Virus record (IMG/VR): IMGVR_UViG_3300008262_000226
Location: 1 to 64,000 of that record
Reading direction: 5' to 3' (one strand)
DNA: 64,000 bases
Source of the DNA: an uncultured virus (IMG/VR IMGVR_UViG_3300008262_000226)
Lineage: Duplodnaviria > Heunggongvirae > Uroviricota > Caudoviricetes
Below are positions 41,536 to 52,123 of this stretch, one piece after another. The notes below the pieces were generated by a model, which saw nothing but the letters and a program-made list of their open reading frames with translations, was not told where the DNA came from and did not search any database. Made by a program: the position numbers and the translations under genes. Position 1 is the stretch's first letter; each line of letters begins with the position of its first letter.

Positions 41536-41696
41536 TTACTTGTTTTCTGACGAACTGGGGTGTCACAATAGTTCTTGGTTTTCTTTTATCATTATCTGAA
41601 TGGTTATCAAAAACAAAAAGAACTGAAGCAAATGGTATCTTAGATTTCATTCAATTGTTTCTAAGAACCGTATTACGCAAGGGAGACCAGAAGTAA
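41532..41696 (+). CDS. small membrane protein (54 aa)
   Basis: ATGA overlap; hydrophobic N-terminus MITCFLTNWGVTIVLGFLLSLSEW. Confidence 0.55.
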   Translation: MITCFLTNWGVTIVLGFLLSLSEWLSKTKRTEANGILDFIQLFLRTVLRKGDQK

Positions 41697-41752
41697 GGTC
41701 TCCTTTTTTTATAAATACTTTTTAGAATACGAATATTTTATAGAGGAAACCG

Positions 41753-42622
41753 ATGGCAATTTTCGGAACAATCGACGCTAAAGCGTTGGCAACAAATGTA
41801 AGTGTTACCAACGGTAGCACAACTGTTACTACAACTGGTGACTTCACCAACAGAGCAACTGCTGACTTTGTTCAGAACGGTGATGTTCTTTCATTAGGTG
41901 GTGTTCAGTATACTGTTGAGTCGGTAGTTTCAGCAACATCACTCAAACTCAGAACAGCATATGCAGGTTCAACAGGAACTGTTCTTGCTGCTAATGCTAT
42001 TCGCAGAACTGCACCAAAAGAAGTTGCAACTCTTCTCCTTGATGAGAATGGTCAACTAGCACACTTCCCAACGGGAACAAGTCTCATCTTCATCGATGAC
42101 ACTGAAGCTGCTCTAGATGAGAACAAGGTTCGTGGTCTCAAGTGGCCAGGTTGGTGGGCATATAGAACCTATACTGATGGTGATGGCAATACTCGCCATA
42201 AGGCAGAGTGCCTAGCATTCGCTAATCAGACTGCCGCTAACGCTGGTGACTATGGCACCGCTCAGGGTGGAACAGAAGATAATCCTGCTGCTGATGTAGT
42301 ATCTGCAGTTACTATCACTGGTCAACCTGCTGCTGTAACTGGTGCTGCTACTCCTTACACTGGAACATTCACAGTTACAACTTCGACAACTGGCACACCT
42401 GGAACTCTTCTATATCAGTGGCAGTATCAAACTGCTACGCAGACAACCAAGTGGACTAATGTTACCAACACTGGTGTATACACTGGTGCTACAACTGATA
42501 CTCTCACACTTACTGCTGCTGCTAAGGCAACCTATGATGGTTATAAGTATCGCGTGAAGATTACATCTGCTGGTGGAACTGAGGAAGTCATTTCCAACTC
42601 TGCTTCTATTACCTATGCATGA
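41753..42622 (+). CDS. virion structural protein with C-terminal Ig-like domain
   Basis: TATAAATA upstream; TITGQP...YQWQ...YKYRVKI Ig signature. Confidence 0.75.
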   Translation: MAIFGTIDAKALATNVSVTNGSTTVTTTGDFTNRATADFVQNGDVLSLGGVQYTVESVVSATSLKLRTAYAGSTGTVLAANAIRRTAPKEVATLLLDENGQLAHFPTGTSLIFIDDTEAALDENKVRGLKWPGWWAYRTYTDGDGNTRHKAECLAFANQTAANAGDYGTAQGGTEDNPAADVVSAVTITGQPAAVTGAATPYTGTFTVTTSTTGTPGTLLYQWQYQTATQTTKWTNVTNTGVYTGATTDTLTLTAAAKATYDGYKYRVKITSAGGTEEVISNSASITYA

Positions 42623-42628
42623 TGATGT

Positions 42629-42988
42629 ATGATTTTTAATGAGTTGACACCAGACAACTGGTTGTTGTTTGCAATCAAAAACTACAACAACCCGTTGTCT
42701 GTTACATATGATGACTTTGAAGAAGACCTTCAAAAGTTCAAATATATTAAAAGATTATTGAGACGCTATGATACTACTGGTGAGTTGAAACATCATTTGA
42801 TTCTCAATCATATCATAACACTATATAATGTATTCAATGACGCAGCAACGCTGCTTCTATTCTATAAAATAGAATCGCAATACTGGTCAATCTTAAAAGC
42901 ATACATGTTGTTTTTAGATAGATTGCCAGAGAATGTAGATACAACAGATGTAGACGAACAATGTCTGAAACTTCTAAAACTACTGTGA
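42629..42988 (+). CDS. conserved T4-like hypothetical protein
   Basis: FKYIKRLL, LILNHII. Confidence 0.75.
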   Translation: MIFNELTPDNWLLFAIKNYNNPLSVTYDDFEEDLQKFKYIKRLLRRYDTTGELKHHLILNHIITLYNVFNDAATLLLFYKIESQYWSILKAYMLFLDRLPENVDTTDVDEQCLKLLKLL

Positions 42989-43707
42989 ATGAAATGATGG
43001 CAGGTGATGGATCGTCACTAGCACTTCCTCCTGCCTTTGTCTTTGTTAACACAGCAAAGAAAAAGAAAAACTTGAAAAAGACCAAAGATGAAAAGATTGA
43101 TGGTCGCAAGAAGAGTGCTAAAAAACTAATCCAACGTGTAATGTCTAGGAGGAAAACTAAAATGTCTGAAGAGAATATGGAAAATATTTCGGAGGCAACA
43201 TCCGAAACTGAAAAGGCGCAGAAGCAAATTAAAGCTTCTAAGCAGATGAGAGCGAAGAGAGAACTTCAATCAAAGCGCACTGCTGCTAAGCAACAAGCAC
43301 AAGATAAGTCGGATGAAATGAATACTTTGCTTCGTGCTCGCATGGCAGATTTTAAAAAGAAGTCAGCACAGAAGCAACAGAAAGCTTCAAAACAAATTAT
43401 GAAAAAAGAGGAAGTGGAAATGATTTCTCAACCAAGAACTGGTTCAGCAGGTGGTGTAGATGTATTTACCACTGCTCTTAAAGTTGCTGAAGAAGGAACT
43501 GGATGGGGTAGAGATCCTGAAACATCATTTGCAAATCTTGTATTCAATGATGGCACTTCTGGTAGAATCGGTGTCTTTGATGCAAAGAGAATCCTTGCTG
43601 CATACGAAAGTCTATCACCAGAGAACAGAGATAAGTTCCGTGTCATGCTAAACATGAGTGCTTCATCTTATCAGAAAGCACTTGACTTTGCTGTAAGAAA
43701 CGTCTGA
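42961..43707 (+). CDS. basic coiled-coil hypothetical protein
   Basis: long ORF; KIDGRKK motif. Confidence 0.65.
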   Translation: MSETSKTTVNEMMAGDGSSLALPPAFVFVNTAKKKKNLKKTKDEKIDGRKKSAKKLIQRVMSRRKTKMSEENMENISEATSETEKAQKQIKASKQMRAKRELQSKRTAAKQQAQDKSDEMNTLLRARMADFKKKSAQKQQKASKQIMKKEEVEMISQPRTGSAGGVDVFTTALKVAEEGTGWGRDPETSFANLVFNDGTSGRIGVFDAKRILAAYESLSPENRDKFRVMLNMSASSYQKALDFAVRNV

Positions 43708-43718
43708 TAAGGAGTGTC

Positions 43719-44111
43719 ATGCCGTTTGGGAAAGACCTTTCAGTATTAGAAGCGAAGTTTCAAATATATGAAGATCTCTCCAAAGAGATGCTTGACAAGC
43801 TTGAAAGAGCGGTTGATAAGATAAGTGAGAGCAATCAAAATGTTGCTCTCATTTTAGAACGACATGAAAATAGATTAGATCAAGTAGATAGATCAGAAGC
43901 AGCAATCTTGGAACTTATTAAAGGTATCAATGCTAAGCTAGAAAAACTTGAAAGAAAAGTAGAAGACCTTTCTAAGTTTCGTTGGATTACTATGGGAGTT
44001 GCTACTGCTGCTACTGTGGTAATTGGATCAGCGGCATTCTTCGGTAACCTCTTGACACTAGGAAAAACGGATGCTACTATGGGAGGAGCGACCACACAAC
44101 TTACAAAATGA
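43719..44111 (+). CDS. coiled-coil protein with C-terminal transmembrane helix
   Basis: AAGGAG SD; heptads followed by a hydrophobic segment. Confidence 0.65.
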   Translation: MPFGKDLSVLEAKFQIYEDLSKEMLDKLERAVDKISESNQNVALILERHENRLDQVDRSEAAILELIKGINAKLEKLERKVEDLSKFRWITMGVATAATVVIGSAAFFGNLLTLGKTDATMGGATTQLTK

Positions 44112-45094
44112 ATTATATTGACACCAAGTATATTGGTTTGGTCTCTTCACAACTCCTTAAGTTTACTGAGAAAAAGAAAGGCACCTACAACTTTCGTTGC
44201 CCATATTGTGGCGACTCAGAGAAGAAGCAGAATAAAGCACGGGGGTATCTCTTTTCTATGAGAGATAGTTTTGTTTTCAAGTGTCATAACTGCGGCGTTA
44301 CTCGTAACTTTTCTCAGTTTCTCAAAGATCAAAGTGTAAATCTTCATGATGAGTATGTCATGGAGCGTTATAAAGAAGGTATGACGGGTAAGAACTATCA
44401 GGTGAAGACACCTGACTTCAAACCATTTGTCACTAAACCAGTGTTCAAGAAGAATATTTTTAGTGAACTGTTAAATATCGATTCCCTAAATACTACACAC
44501 CCAGCAAAGCAATATCTGCTCGACCGAAAGATACCAGAGAAATACTTCTCAAACTTCTATTACGCAGAAGACTTCAACGCTTGGGAAAAGAACGATAATA
44601 AAATTAAAGAACCTAGAATTATACTCCCACTAATCTCGGAAGATGGAAATGTATTCGGATATCAAGCAAGGTCTCTTAACAAGAATGCAAGCCTTCGCTA
44701 TATCACTACCATCTTGGATAAGCAATATCCTAAACTATTTGGACTTGATCGTATAGACAAAAATGAAAATATCTACATTACGGAAGGACCGTTTGACTCC
44801 CTCTTCATATCTAACTCGCTTGCTATGTGTGGAGCTGATGTTAATCTTGGTGACTGGGGGATTAACGATCCTACTTGGATATACGATAACGAACCAAGAA
44901 ACAAACAAATCGTCGAGCGTATTAACAAAACCATACAGCACGGAAATAAGATAGTTATCTGGCCAGATAGTGTCAAAGAAAAAGATATCAATGATATGTT
45001 TCTGGCTGGTCATAACGTGCAATCTATGGTAGAATGTAATACCTATTCTGGTTTAGAAGCACAAGTAAAATTTAATCTCTGGAAGAAAATATGA
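44108..45094 (+). CDS. gp61: DNA primase
   Basis: CPYCGDS, CHNCG, TEGPFDS, YDNEPRN, KDIND. Confidence 0.95.
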   Translation: MNYIDTKYIGLVSSQLLKFTEKKKGTYNFRCPYCGDSEKKQNKARGYLFSMRDSFVFKCHNCGVTRNFSQFLKDQSVNLHDEYVMERYKEGMTGKNYQVKTPDFKPFVTKPVFKKNIFSELLNIDSLNTTHPAKQYLLDRKIPEKYFSNFYYAEDFNAWEKNDNKIKEPRIILPLISEDGNVFGYQARSLNKNASLRYITTILDKQYPKLFGLDRIDKNENIYITEGPFDSLFISNSLAMCGADVNLGDWGINDPTWIYDNEPRNKQIVERINKTIQHGNKIVIWPDSVKEKDINDMFLAGHNVQSMVECNTYSGLEAQVKFNLWKKI

Positions 45095-47403
45095 GCAACG
45101 GTATCAAAGTTAAAAAGCGTGACGGATCTACAGAATCTCTTAACCTTGATAAGATTCACACGATGGTAGAATGTGCCTGTGGTAGTCTTGCAGGAGTATC
45201 GCCATCTCAAGTAGAAATTCAATCTGGTATTCAATTCTATGATGGCATTACCACAAACGAAATTCAAGAAATTCTTATCAGGTCGGCTAGTGACCTCATC
45301 GATCTTGACGCTCCAAATTATCAGTATGTTGCTGCTCGTCTCCTTTTGTTCGGTTTATATAAGCAAGTCTTTGGAGCTGATTGGAAGCACGGGTTCCCAT
45401 CTGTAGGAGAGCATTTGACCAAAGGCATTCTTAAAGGTATTTACGATAAGGAGCTTGCTGGTAAATATACTGACGAAGAGTGGGATAAGATTAATAGTTT
45501 TATTGACCACGATCGTGACTATCTTTTCACCTATGCTGGTCTTCGCCAGGTGGTAGATAAATATCTGGTGCAGGATAGAAGCAGTGGAAGTGTTTTTGAG
45601 ACTCCCCAGTATGCTTATATGTTGGTTGCTGCCACTATCTTTGCAGAGTATCCCCAAGTAAATCGTCTATCTTATGTCAAGCGATACTACGACGCAATCA
45701 GCAAGCACAAAATCAACGTTCCCACACCTATCTTGGCAGGGGTTAGAACTCCACTTCGACAATTTGCGAGCTGTGTTCTTGTTGATAGTGATGACACCCT
45801 CGATAGCATCTTTAGCAGTGACATGGCTATTGGTCGTTATGTTGCTCAACGCGCAGGAATCGGCATCAACGCAGGTCGCATCCGTGCTCTCAACAGTAAG
45901 ATCAGAGGGGGAGAAGTATCGCATACTGGGGTTATACCGTTTCTCAAAAAGTTTGAAGCGACTGTCAGATGTTGTACGCAGAATGGCATACGAGGTGGAT
46001 CCGCGACAGTACACTTCCCAATCTGGCACAAAGAAATAGAAGATATCATTGTATTGAAAAATAATAAAGGAACCGAAGATAACCGTGTTCGTAAGTTAGA
46101 CTACAGCATTCAAATCAGCAAACTGTTCTATGAGCGATTCATCCGTAACGAAGACATCTCTCTCTTCTCACCACATGACGTGCCTGGTCTTTCAGATGCT
46201 TTTGGGCTTCCTGGTTTTGACGAGTTGTATGGCGTTTACGAACGAGATGCTTCTATTCCAAGAAAAACTATTGGCGCTCAAGAACTATTTCTTTCACTCC
46301 TAAAAGAGAGAGCAGAGACTGGTCGTATCTATATTATGAATATCGACCACTGCAATGAGCACTCTTCTTTCAAAGATAAGGTTTGGATGAGTAACCTCTG
46401 CCAAGAGATTACCCTACCAACCAATCCTCTACAGCACATTGATGATATCAATGGTGAGATTGCTCTGTGTATTCTCTCTGCTGTCAACGTAGGTAAGATT
46501 AAGCATCTCGATGACTTAGAAGAACTCTGTGACCTATCTGTAAGGGCGCTGGATGAGTTGATTGATTACCAAGAGTATCCCGTGGTTGCTGCTGAAGCAT
46601 CCACCCGTAATCGCCGTTCACTGGGTATTGGTTACATCGGTCTTGCTCACTGGTTAGCTCGTCATCAAGTTAAGTATTCTGATGATTCTGCTGCTCATCT
46701 GGTGCATAATCTTACTGAAGCATTTCAGTACTATTTACTGAAGGCTTCTAATCAACTTGCTATTGAGAAAGGTAAATGTGGTTACTTTAGTCGCACTAAG
46801 TATGCAGATGGAATTCTTCCAATCGATACATATAAAAAAGATGTAGACGAAATCGTTCCACATAATCTCCACTATGATTGGGAAAATCTTAGACAATCCA
46901 TCTTGGCACACGGTCTCAGGAACTCAACACTGTCCGCACAAATGCCTTCAGAGAGCAGTTCCGTTGTGTCAAACGAGACAAATGGAATCGAACCTCCCCG
47001 TGCCTTCCTGTCCGTTAAGAAGTCGAAGAAAGGTGTTCTTAAGCAGATTGTTCCCCAGTATCAATCTCTTAAAAACTACTATACACTTCTTTGGGATATG
47101 CCTGGGAATACTGGTTATATTAATATTGTTGCAGTTATGCAGAAGTTCTTCGATCAAGCGATTTCTGGAAACTGGTCGTATAATCCAGAGCATTACGAAG
47201 ATGCTGAAGTTCCTGTTAGTGTGATGGCACAAGATCTTCTCAACACATATAAGTATGGTTGGAAGACATCTTACTATCAGAATACATATGATATCAAGAA
47301 GGAGGAAGACGACGAAGAGAAAAAGAAATCAGTGGAAAGTTTACTTAATTCAATTCTAGAAGGAGCACAAGAGGAGGAAGACTGTGACAGTTGCAAAATT
47401 TAA
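45091..47403 (+). CDS. nrdA: class Ia ribonucleotide reductase alpha subunit
   Basis: ATP cone, PTP, SNLCQEI, C-terminal CDSCKI. Confidence 0.97.
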   Translation: MSNGIKVKKRDGSTESLNLDKIHTMVECACGSLAGVSPSQVEIQSGIQFYDGITTNEIQEILIRSASDLIDLDAPNYQYVAARLLLFGLYKQVFGADWKHGFPSVGEHLTKGILKGIYDKELAGKYTDEEWDKINSFIDHDRDYLFTYAGLRQVVDKYLVQDRSSGSVFETPQYAYMLVAATIFAEYPQVNRLSYVKRYYDAISKHKINVPTPILAGVRTPLRQFASCVLVDSDDTLDSIFSSDMAIGRYVAQRAGIGINAGRIRALNSKIRGGEVSHTGVIPFLKKFEATVRCCTQNGIRGGSATVHFPIWHKEIEDIIVLKNNKGTEDNRVRKLDYSIQISKLFYERFIRNEDISLFSPHDVPGLSDAFGLPGFDELYGVYERDASIPRKTIGAQELFLSLLKERAETGRIYIMNIDHCNEHSSFKDKVWMSNLCQEITLPTNPLQHIDDINGEIALCILSAVNVGKIKHLDDLEELCDLSVRALDELIDYQEYPVVAAEASTRNRRSLGIGYIGLAHWLARHQVKYSDDSAAHLVHNLTEAFQYYLLKASNQLAIEKGKCGYFSRTKYADGILPIDTYKKDVDEIVPHNLHYDWENLRQSILAHGLRNSTLSAQMPSESSSVVSNETNGIEPPRAFLSVKKSKKGVLKQIVPQYQSLKNYYTLLWDMPGNTGYINIVAVMQKFFDQAISGNWSYNPEHYEDAEVPVSVMAQDLLNTYKYGWKTSYYQNTYDIKKEEDDEEKKKSVESLLNSILEGAQEEEDCDSCKI

Positions 47404-48565
47404 ACTAACCGAGACCACCCCATCAGTTGAAGGGATGACTGTTTTTAATACAAAACATGTAGATGTAAAGAAGCAACCGATGTTTTTCGGTGCTCCTCTT
47501 GGAATTCAAAGGTATGATACCTACAAGTATCCTATCTTTGATAAGCTAACTCAACAGCAACTTGGATACTTTTGGAGACCTGAAGAGGTTTCTCTTCAGA
47601 AGGATCGTGCTGACTATGCTACTCTTCGCCCAGAACAAAAGCATATCTATACTTCCAATCTAAAGTATCAGATTATGCTTGACTCTGTTCAGGGTCGCGG
47701 ACCTGGCATGGCATTTATTCCCTACTGCTCTCTCCCAGAACTAGAGTCAGCAATGACTATCTGGGAAACAATGGAGATGATTCATTCTCGTTCGTATACA
47801 TATATTATAAAGAATATCTATTCTGATCCATCTGAAGTATTTGATACTATTCTTGATGATCAGAATATCCTTGAAAGGGCGAAGAGTGTAACTGAAGCAT
47901 ATGATGACTTCATTCGTGCGGCACAAGATTACTCATCTGGTAATCAGTGGCAACATCAACTAGAAGGTGTGCCAGCTGCCAAAGAAACTCTCTATGATTT
48001 AAAGCGTAAACTCTATCGCGCTGTAGTTAACGTAAACATTTTAGAGGGAATTAGGTTCTATGTTTCGTTTGCATGTTCGTTCGCTTTTGGCGAACTTAAA
48101 CTTATGGAGGGATCCGCTAAAATTATCTCTCTCATCGCAAGAGACGAAAGCCAGCATCTTGTTCTTACACAGAACATTATCAAGAACTGGCTTAATGGGG
48201 ATGACCCAGACATGCTTCAGATTGCTAAAGAAGAAGAAGCATGGACAGTAGAACAGTTTAAAAAGACTGTTGATGAAGAGAAAGCATGGGCGCAGTATCT
48301 ATTCAAGGATGGCAGCATCATTGGATTGAATGATAAGTTGCTCAACTCTTACGTTGAGTATATTGCCAACCGTCGTATGCGAGCAATTGGTTTGAAGCCT
48401 GTGTTTGATACTCCTATGTCAAACAATCCACTGCCATGGACTCAGCACTGGTTATCATCTAAGGGTCTACAAGTTGCCCCACAAGAAACAGAGGTTGAGA
48501 GTTATGTCATTGGCGGTATTAAACAGGATGTTAAGAAAGATACTTTCGCTGGTTTTAAACTGTGA
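47384..48565 (+). CDS. nrdB: class Ia ribonucleotide reductase beta subunit
   Basis: FWRPEE, EMIHSRSY, EGIRFYVSF, RDESQH, APQETE. Confidence 0.97.
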   Translation: MTVAKFKLTETTPSVEGMTVFNTKHVDVKKQPMFFGAPLGIQRYDTYKYPIFDKLTQQQLGYFWRPEEVSLQKDRADYATLRPEQKHIYTSNLKYQIMLDSVQGRGPGMAFIPYCSLPELESAMTIWETMEMIHSRSYTYIIKNIYSDPSEVFDTILDDQNILERAKSVTEAYDDFIRAAQDYSSGNQWQHQLEGVPAAKETLYDLKRKLYRAVVNVNILEGIRFYVSFACSFAFGELKLMEGSAKIISLIARDESQHLVLTQNIIKNWLNGDDPDMLQIAKEEEAWTVEQFKKTVDEEKAWAQYLFKDGSIIGLNDKLLNSYVEYIANRRMRAIGLKPVFDTPMSNNPLPWTQHWLSSKGLQVAPQETEVESYVIGGIKQDVKKDTFAGFKL

Positions 48566-48715
48566 GAAAAAGAGAGATAGAAAAACTAGAGAAACTTCTA
48601 AAGGAAGGTCCGAAGAGTCTATCACAAGCGTGGATACTCGCAGCACTCAAAAGAAAATTCCAGACCCCTGGTTTAACTGAATAGATAAATACCTCCATCA
48701 TGGAGGTTTTTTATT

Positions 48716-49069
48716 ATGAATCCAAGTTCAGCAAAAGCGAAAGGTCGCCGTCTGCAACAATGGGTAAGAGATAAACTTATTGAGATGCTTGAGGTTCACC
48801 CAGAAGATATAGAATCTCGTAGCATGGGTGCTGGCGGCGAAGACCTTATCATGGCTCGTGCTGCTAGGTTAAAGTTTCCTCATAGCATCGAGTGCAAAAA
48901 CGTGGAGAAGCTAAATATATGGGATGCCTATGAGCAGGCATCTGTCAACTCTGGTGACTATGAACCTCTCGTTGTAATTAAAAAGAATGGAAAGAAACCA
49001 CTAGCAGTGGTAGACGCAGAGTATTTCATTAGTTTATTCGGAGAGAAAAATGACTCTAGATCTTCATAA
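48716..49069 (+). CDS. Holliday-junction-resolvase-like nuclease
   Basis: KAKGRRLQ, GEDL, IECKN. Confidence 0.7.
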   Translation: MNPSSAKAKGRRLQQWVRDKLIEMLEVHPEDIESRSMGAGGEDLIMARAARLKFPHSIECKNVEKLNIWDAYEQASVNSGDYEPLVVIKKNGKKPLAVVDAEYFISLFGEKNDSRSS

Positions 49070-49721
49070 CTTTTTTAAATTTTATGATGATGGTAATGCG
49101 AATCACGTTGCAGCAGTTCAATGGTTAGAAGATAACCTACCTGCTCAATTTTTAGACGATTCGGAGACTGACTGGATTGGTATCTTTAGAACTAAACCAC
49201 CAACTCCAGCAGTGCTCGATGTTCCATACTTTAATCAAGTAGATAACTACAGAGATGCACATAGAACCTGTAACAGTTCATCGTGCGCTATGTGCCTTGC
49301 TTTCCTCAAGCCAGGAAGCATCAAAGGCGATGATGAATACGTTAAGAAAGTATTTGCGATTGGTGACACGACTGACCATGCGGTTCAGACAAAGGTTCTC
49401 GCAGGTTATGGTGTTAAGTCACACTTTAGCTATAATCTTTCTTTTGCTGACATTGATAAAAGCCTTGATAGAGGTAAACCAGTTGTTATTGGTATTCTCC
49501 ACAGGGGTTCTTTATCTGCTCCTACTGGCGGGCACATGTGTGTAGTTATTGGTAAGACACCAGACGGCAAAGGATATTATGTTAATGATCCATATGGTTC
49601 ACTCAACGATAACTATACTGGTCCTGTAACGAATGGTAAGAAGACCATTTACACCAAAGCAGTTCTTAAGCATCGTTGGTGCCCAGGTGGCAACGATGGT
49701 TGGGGTCGTATTTTTGACTGA
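49050..49721 (+). CDS. C39-like cysteine peptidase (putative endolysin)
   Basis: VPYFNQ, CNSSSCAM, GGHM, NDPYG. Confidence 0.8.
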   Translation: MTLDLHNFFKFYDDGNANHVAAVQWLEDNLPAQFLDDSETDWIGIFRTKPPTPAVLDVPYFNQVDNYRDAHRTCNSSSCAMCLAFLKPGSIKGDDEYVKKVFAIGDTTDHAVQTKVLAGYGVKSHFSYNLSFADIDKSLDRGKPVVIGILHRGSLSAPTGGHMCVVIGKTPDGKGYYVNDPYGSLNDNYTGPVTNGKKTIYTKAVLKHRWCPGGNDGWGRIFD

Positions 49722-49738
49722 TAATAAGGAGAACAATA

Positions 49739-50410
49739 ATGGCTAGAATCGATTTACACAACTTCTTCAAGTTTTACGACGAGAAGAACCCTAACCATGT
49801 AAAAGCAGTTCAATGGTTAGAAGACAATTTACCAGTTAAATATCTAGAAGATAACATTGATTGGGCGGAGATTTACAGAGGAAAAAAGGGTAATGCTGCA
49901 CCAGCTACCGCTGCTGCAGCTTCTGCTCCTGTAGTAGGTGGTGATGATGTTCCACAAATGGGCATCAAATTAGTAAAAGAGTTTGAAGGATGTAGATTAA
50001 ATGCTTACCCTGATCCTCTTTCTGGTGGTCTACCAATCACTATTGGTTGGGGTTCCACTAGAGATAAGAATGGCAAACCATTTCAGATGGGCGATAGTAT
50101 CACTCAAGCAGAAGCAGATGAGCTACTGATTGAAGAAGCAAAACATCACTTCCTTCCTGCACTTCGTAAGATTCCACACTGGAATGAAATGTCAGATGGC
50201 AAAAGAGGTGCTCTACTTTCTTTCGCCTATAATCTTGGCGCTGGTTTTTATGGTGGTGATAATTTTAATACTATTACTCGTGTTCTAAAAAATAAAGAAT
50301 GGGATAAGGTGCCCGATGCGCTTTACCTCTACAGAAATCCTGGTTCAAATGTAGAAGCAGGATTAGCACGTAGAAGAAAAGCAGAAGGTGAGGCTTGGAA
50401 AAAAGGTTAA
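49739..50410 (+). CDS. GH24 lysozyme (endolysin)
   Basis: EFEG, AYPD, TIGWG, ALLSFAYNLG, GLARRRKAE. Confidence 0.9.
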   Translation: MARIDLHNFFKFYDEKNPNHVKAVQWLEDNLPVKYLEDNIDWAEIYRGKKGNAAPATAAAASAPVVGGDDVPQMGIKLVKEFEGCRLNAYPDPLSGGLPITIGWGSTRDKNGKPFQMGDSITQAEADELLIEEAKHHFLPALRKIPHWNEMSDGKRGALLSFAYNLGAGFYGGDNFNTITRVLKNKEWDKVPDALYLYRNPGSNVEAGLARRRKAEGEAWKKG

Positions 50411-50428
50411 TCACATTCAACAGGAACA

Positions 50429-50794
50429 ATGGCAGAACCACAGAAAAAGGAAAAATGTATGAGCACTATTGTTAGAATTACTGTATTGAGTTGGAGTGCT
50501 GCTCTACTTACGGCATCATATGCTGGTCTACTCGCTAAGATGGATCCAACATTTATTGCTACAGTATTTACAGCTGCTGCTGCAACCTTTGGGGTAGACA
50601 CTCTAAAGAAAGGAGATGACAAAGATGGAGATCAACCTCGTAGAGCCCCTGAGATCACCTCAGTTGAACCAACTCCAGAACCAGAACCTCCAGCAGAACT
50701 CGTTGCCGACTCTTCAGCGACCGCAGGTTGCCCAAACTGTGATTCAGGGGATACCCCAGACTACAGTAGAGCAGCTGCCCGCCCCGAAGTTTGA
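50429..50794 (+). CDS. two-helix membrane protein, holin-like
   Basis: two hydrophobic segments; follows the lysins. Confidence 0.5.
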   Translation: MAEPQKKEKCMSTIVRITVLSWSAALLTASYAGLLAKMDPTFIATVFTAAAATFGVDTLKKGDDKDGDQPRRAPEITSVEPTPEPEPPAELVADSSATAGCPNCDSGDTPDYSRAAARPEV

Positions 50795-51515
50795 GGCTCC
50801 TCCTATAACACAAGGTCTGGCACTTCCTGTTTTCAGGATGCCAGACCCTTCAATAAAATATCCTGTGATCAATGTTCCGACGCAGGAAGAGTTTGATGCG
50901 GCTGTAAAAGCAGAAAGAGAAAAAAATCAACCACAAGAACAAGAAAAGAGTAGAGGATTACCTGACGCTAAACCAGTTGAGATGCCACCAGCGATTCAAC
51001 AGGTAACACCTATAGAAACAAAAGCAGAGATACCAGCAGACAAACCTAGCGTTACTATTGCTGGATTGAATATAGACTTACCAGACCCCTCTCTCGTCGC
51101 CACGGCTGGTGCTGTGGCAGTTGTGACGACTGCTGCTACCATGGCATCTACGGCAGTTCTCAACGTGCTTAAGAATGCTGCTGAACCTATGATACGAGAG
51201 GCAACAAAGAATAAGTTTAAAATTAAAATTAAACAAGTCAAACCAGTTCTACATTATGTCATGTCAGAAGGAGGGCATGTTGATATATTTGAATACTCAT
51301 CAGAAGGAACTCGTTTGGTAGCACAGACAGATAACGTAGAGCAGTATATTCGTGATCAAATAGATACGAATACCCTTTACGAAATAGAGAACAAAGTTAT
51401 TATTGATGATGTGATGAGTGATAAGTTCACAAAAGAAGGCAGGGAAAGATTCAAAGGTCTCTTTGCCCCACCTAAAAAGATTGCTAAAAAATTATCTGCT
51501 CGCCTTTCTTTTTGA
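50625..51515 (+). CDS. Pro/Gln-rich membrane-anchored protein (start uncertain)
   Basis: hydrophobic segment LVATAGAVAVVTTAA. Confidence 0.55.
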   Translation: MEINLVEPLRSPQLNQLQNQNLQQNSLPTLQRPQVAQTVIQGIPQTTVEQLPAPKFEAPPITQGLALPVFRMPDPSIKYPVINVPTQEEFDAAVKAEREKNQPQEQEKSRGLPDAKPVEMPPAIQQVTPIETKAEIPADKPSVTIAGLNIDLPDPSLVATAGAVAVVTTAATMASTAVLNVLKNAAEPMIREATKNKFKIKIKQVKPVLHYVMSEGGHVDIFEYSSEGTRLVAQTDNVEQYIRDQIDTNTLYEIENKVIIDDVMSDKFTKEGRERFKGLFAPPKKIAKKLSARLSF

Positions 51516-51911
51516 TTCTAGTAAAGCAAAATCTTTTTGTTTTGTGCCACCATCATATTCCCAAGCATATCCTTCAGCAATCATTTGATTATTGATAGAT
51601 GTTGCTTCTCCATTGATATACAGATGACCGATGATACGACCATACTTTTCGGTGCTATCAGGTAGTTCTGTTTTGATAATGATATCTTTGGCAAACTCTA
51701 ATCTATCTTTGAGCCATGCTTTAACTTCAAGACCAAGTTTCTTTTCATACGCATCAGTTGTTCTGCTCTCTGGGGTATCGATACCAGCAAGACGAATTCG
51801 CTTAGTAAGGGAGATATCAAAACCGAGATCAATATCAGCGTCAATAGTGTCGCCATCTACTACCTTGTGAACTGAACGTATTCTATAAATGTAAGGATCT
51901 TTGTCTGCCAT
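51492..51911 (-). CDS. thermonuclease (SNase-like)
   Basis: VVDGDT, RIRLAGIDTPE, KYGR. Confidence 0.88.
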   Translation of the reverse strand: MADKDPYIYRIRSVHKVVDGDTIDADIDLGFDISLTKRIRLAGIDTPESRTTDAYEKKLGLEVKAWLKDRLEFAKDIIIKTELPDSTEKYGRIIGHLYINGEATSINNQMIAEGYAWEYDGGTKQKDFALLESKRKASR

Positions 51912-52123
51912 TAGAAAGGAAACTTAATACTTCCTGTATTTAGTTTAGGAATAGGTAGTTTCTCAAATGCCTTGTTGACCTGCTTCTCTACGACAGCACC
52001 AACAAATTTTTCAGGATTATCGAGAATCTTTTGTGCTTTTTGATAAGTAATGAAAGCACCGACTCCAATAGCAACACTGAATCCTAGACTTGTGATTGAT
52101 AATGCTAGTGATAAGTATTTCAT
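51911..52123 (-). CDS. small membrane protein
   Basis: N-terminal transmembrane segment. Confidence 0.6.
   Translation of the reverse strand: MKYLSLALSITSLGFSVAIGVGAFITYQKAQKILDNPEKFVGAVVEKQVNKAFEKLPIPKLNTGSIKFPF

Noticed and set aside
7330..48565. Introns, inteins or homing endonucleases in gp17, gp20, gp23, gp41, gp43, nrdA, nrdB
   Set aside because: Frames are uninterrupted and of normal or shorter length, with no intein or LAGLIDADG/HNH/GIY-YIG motifs seen
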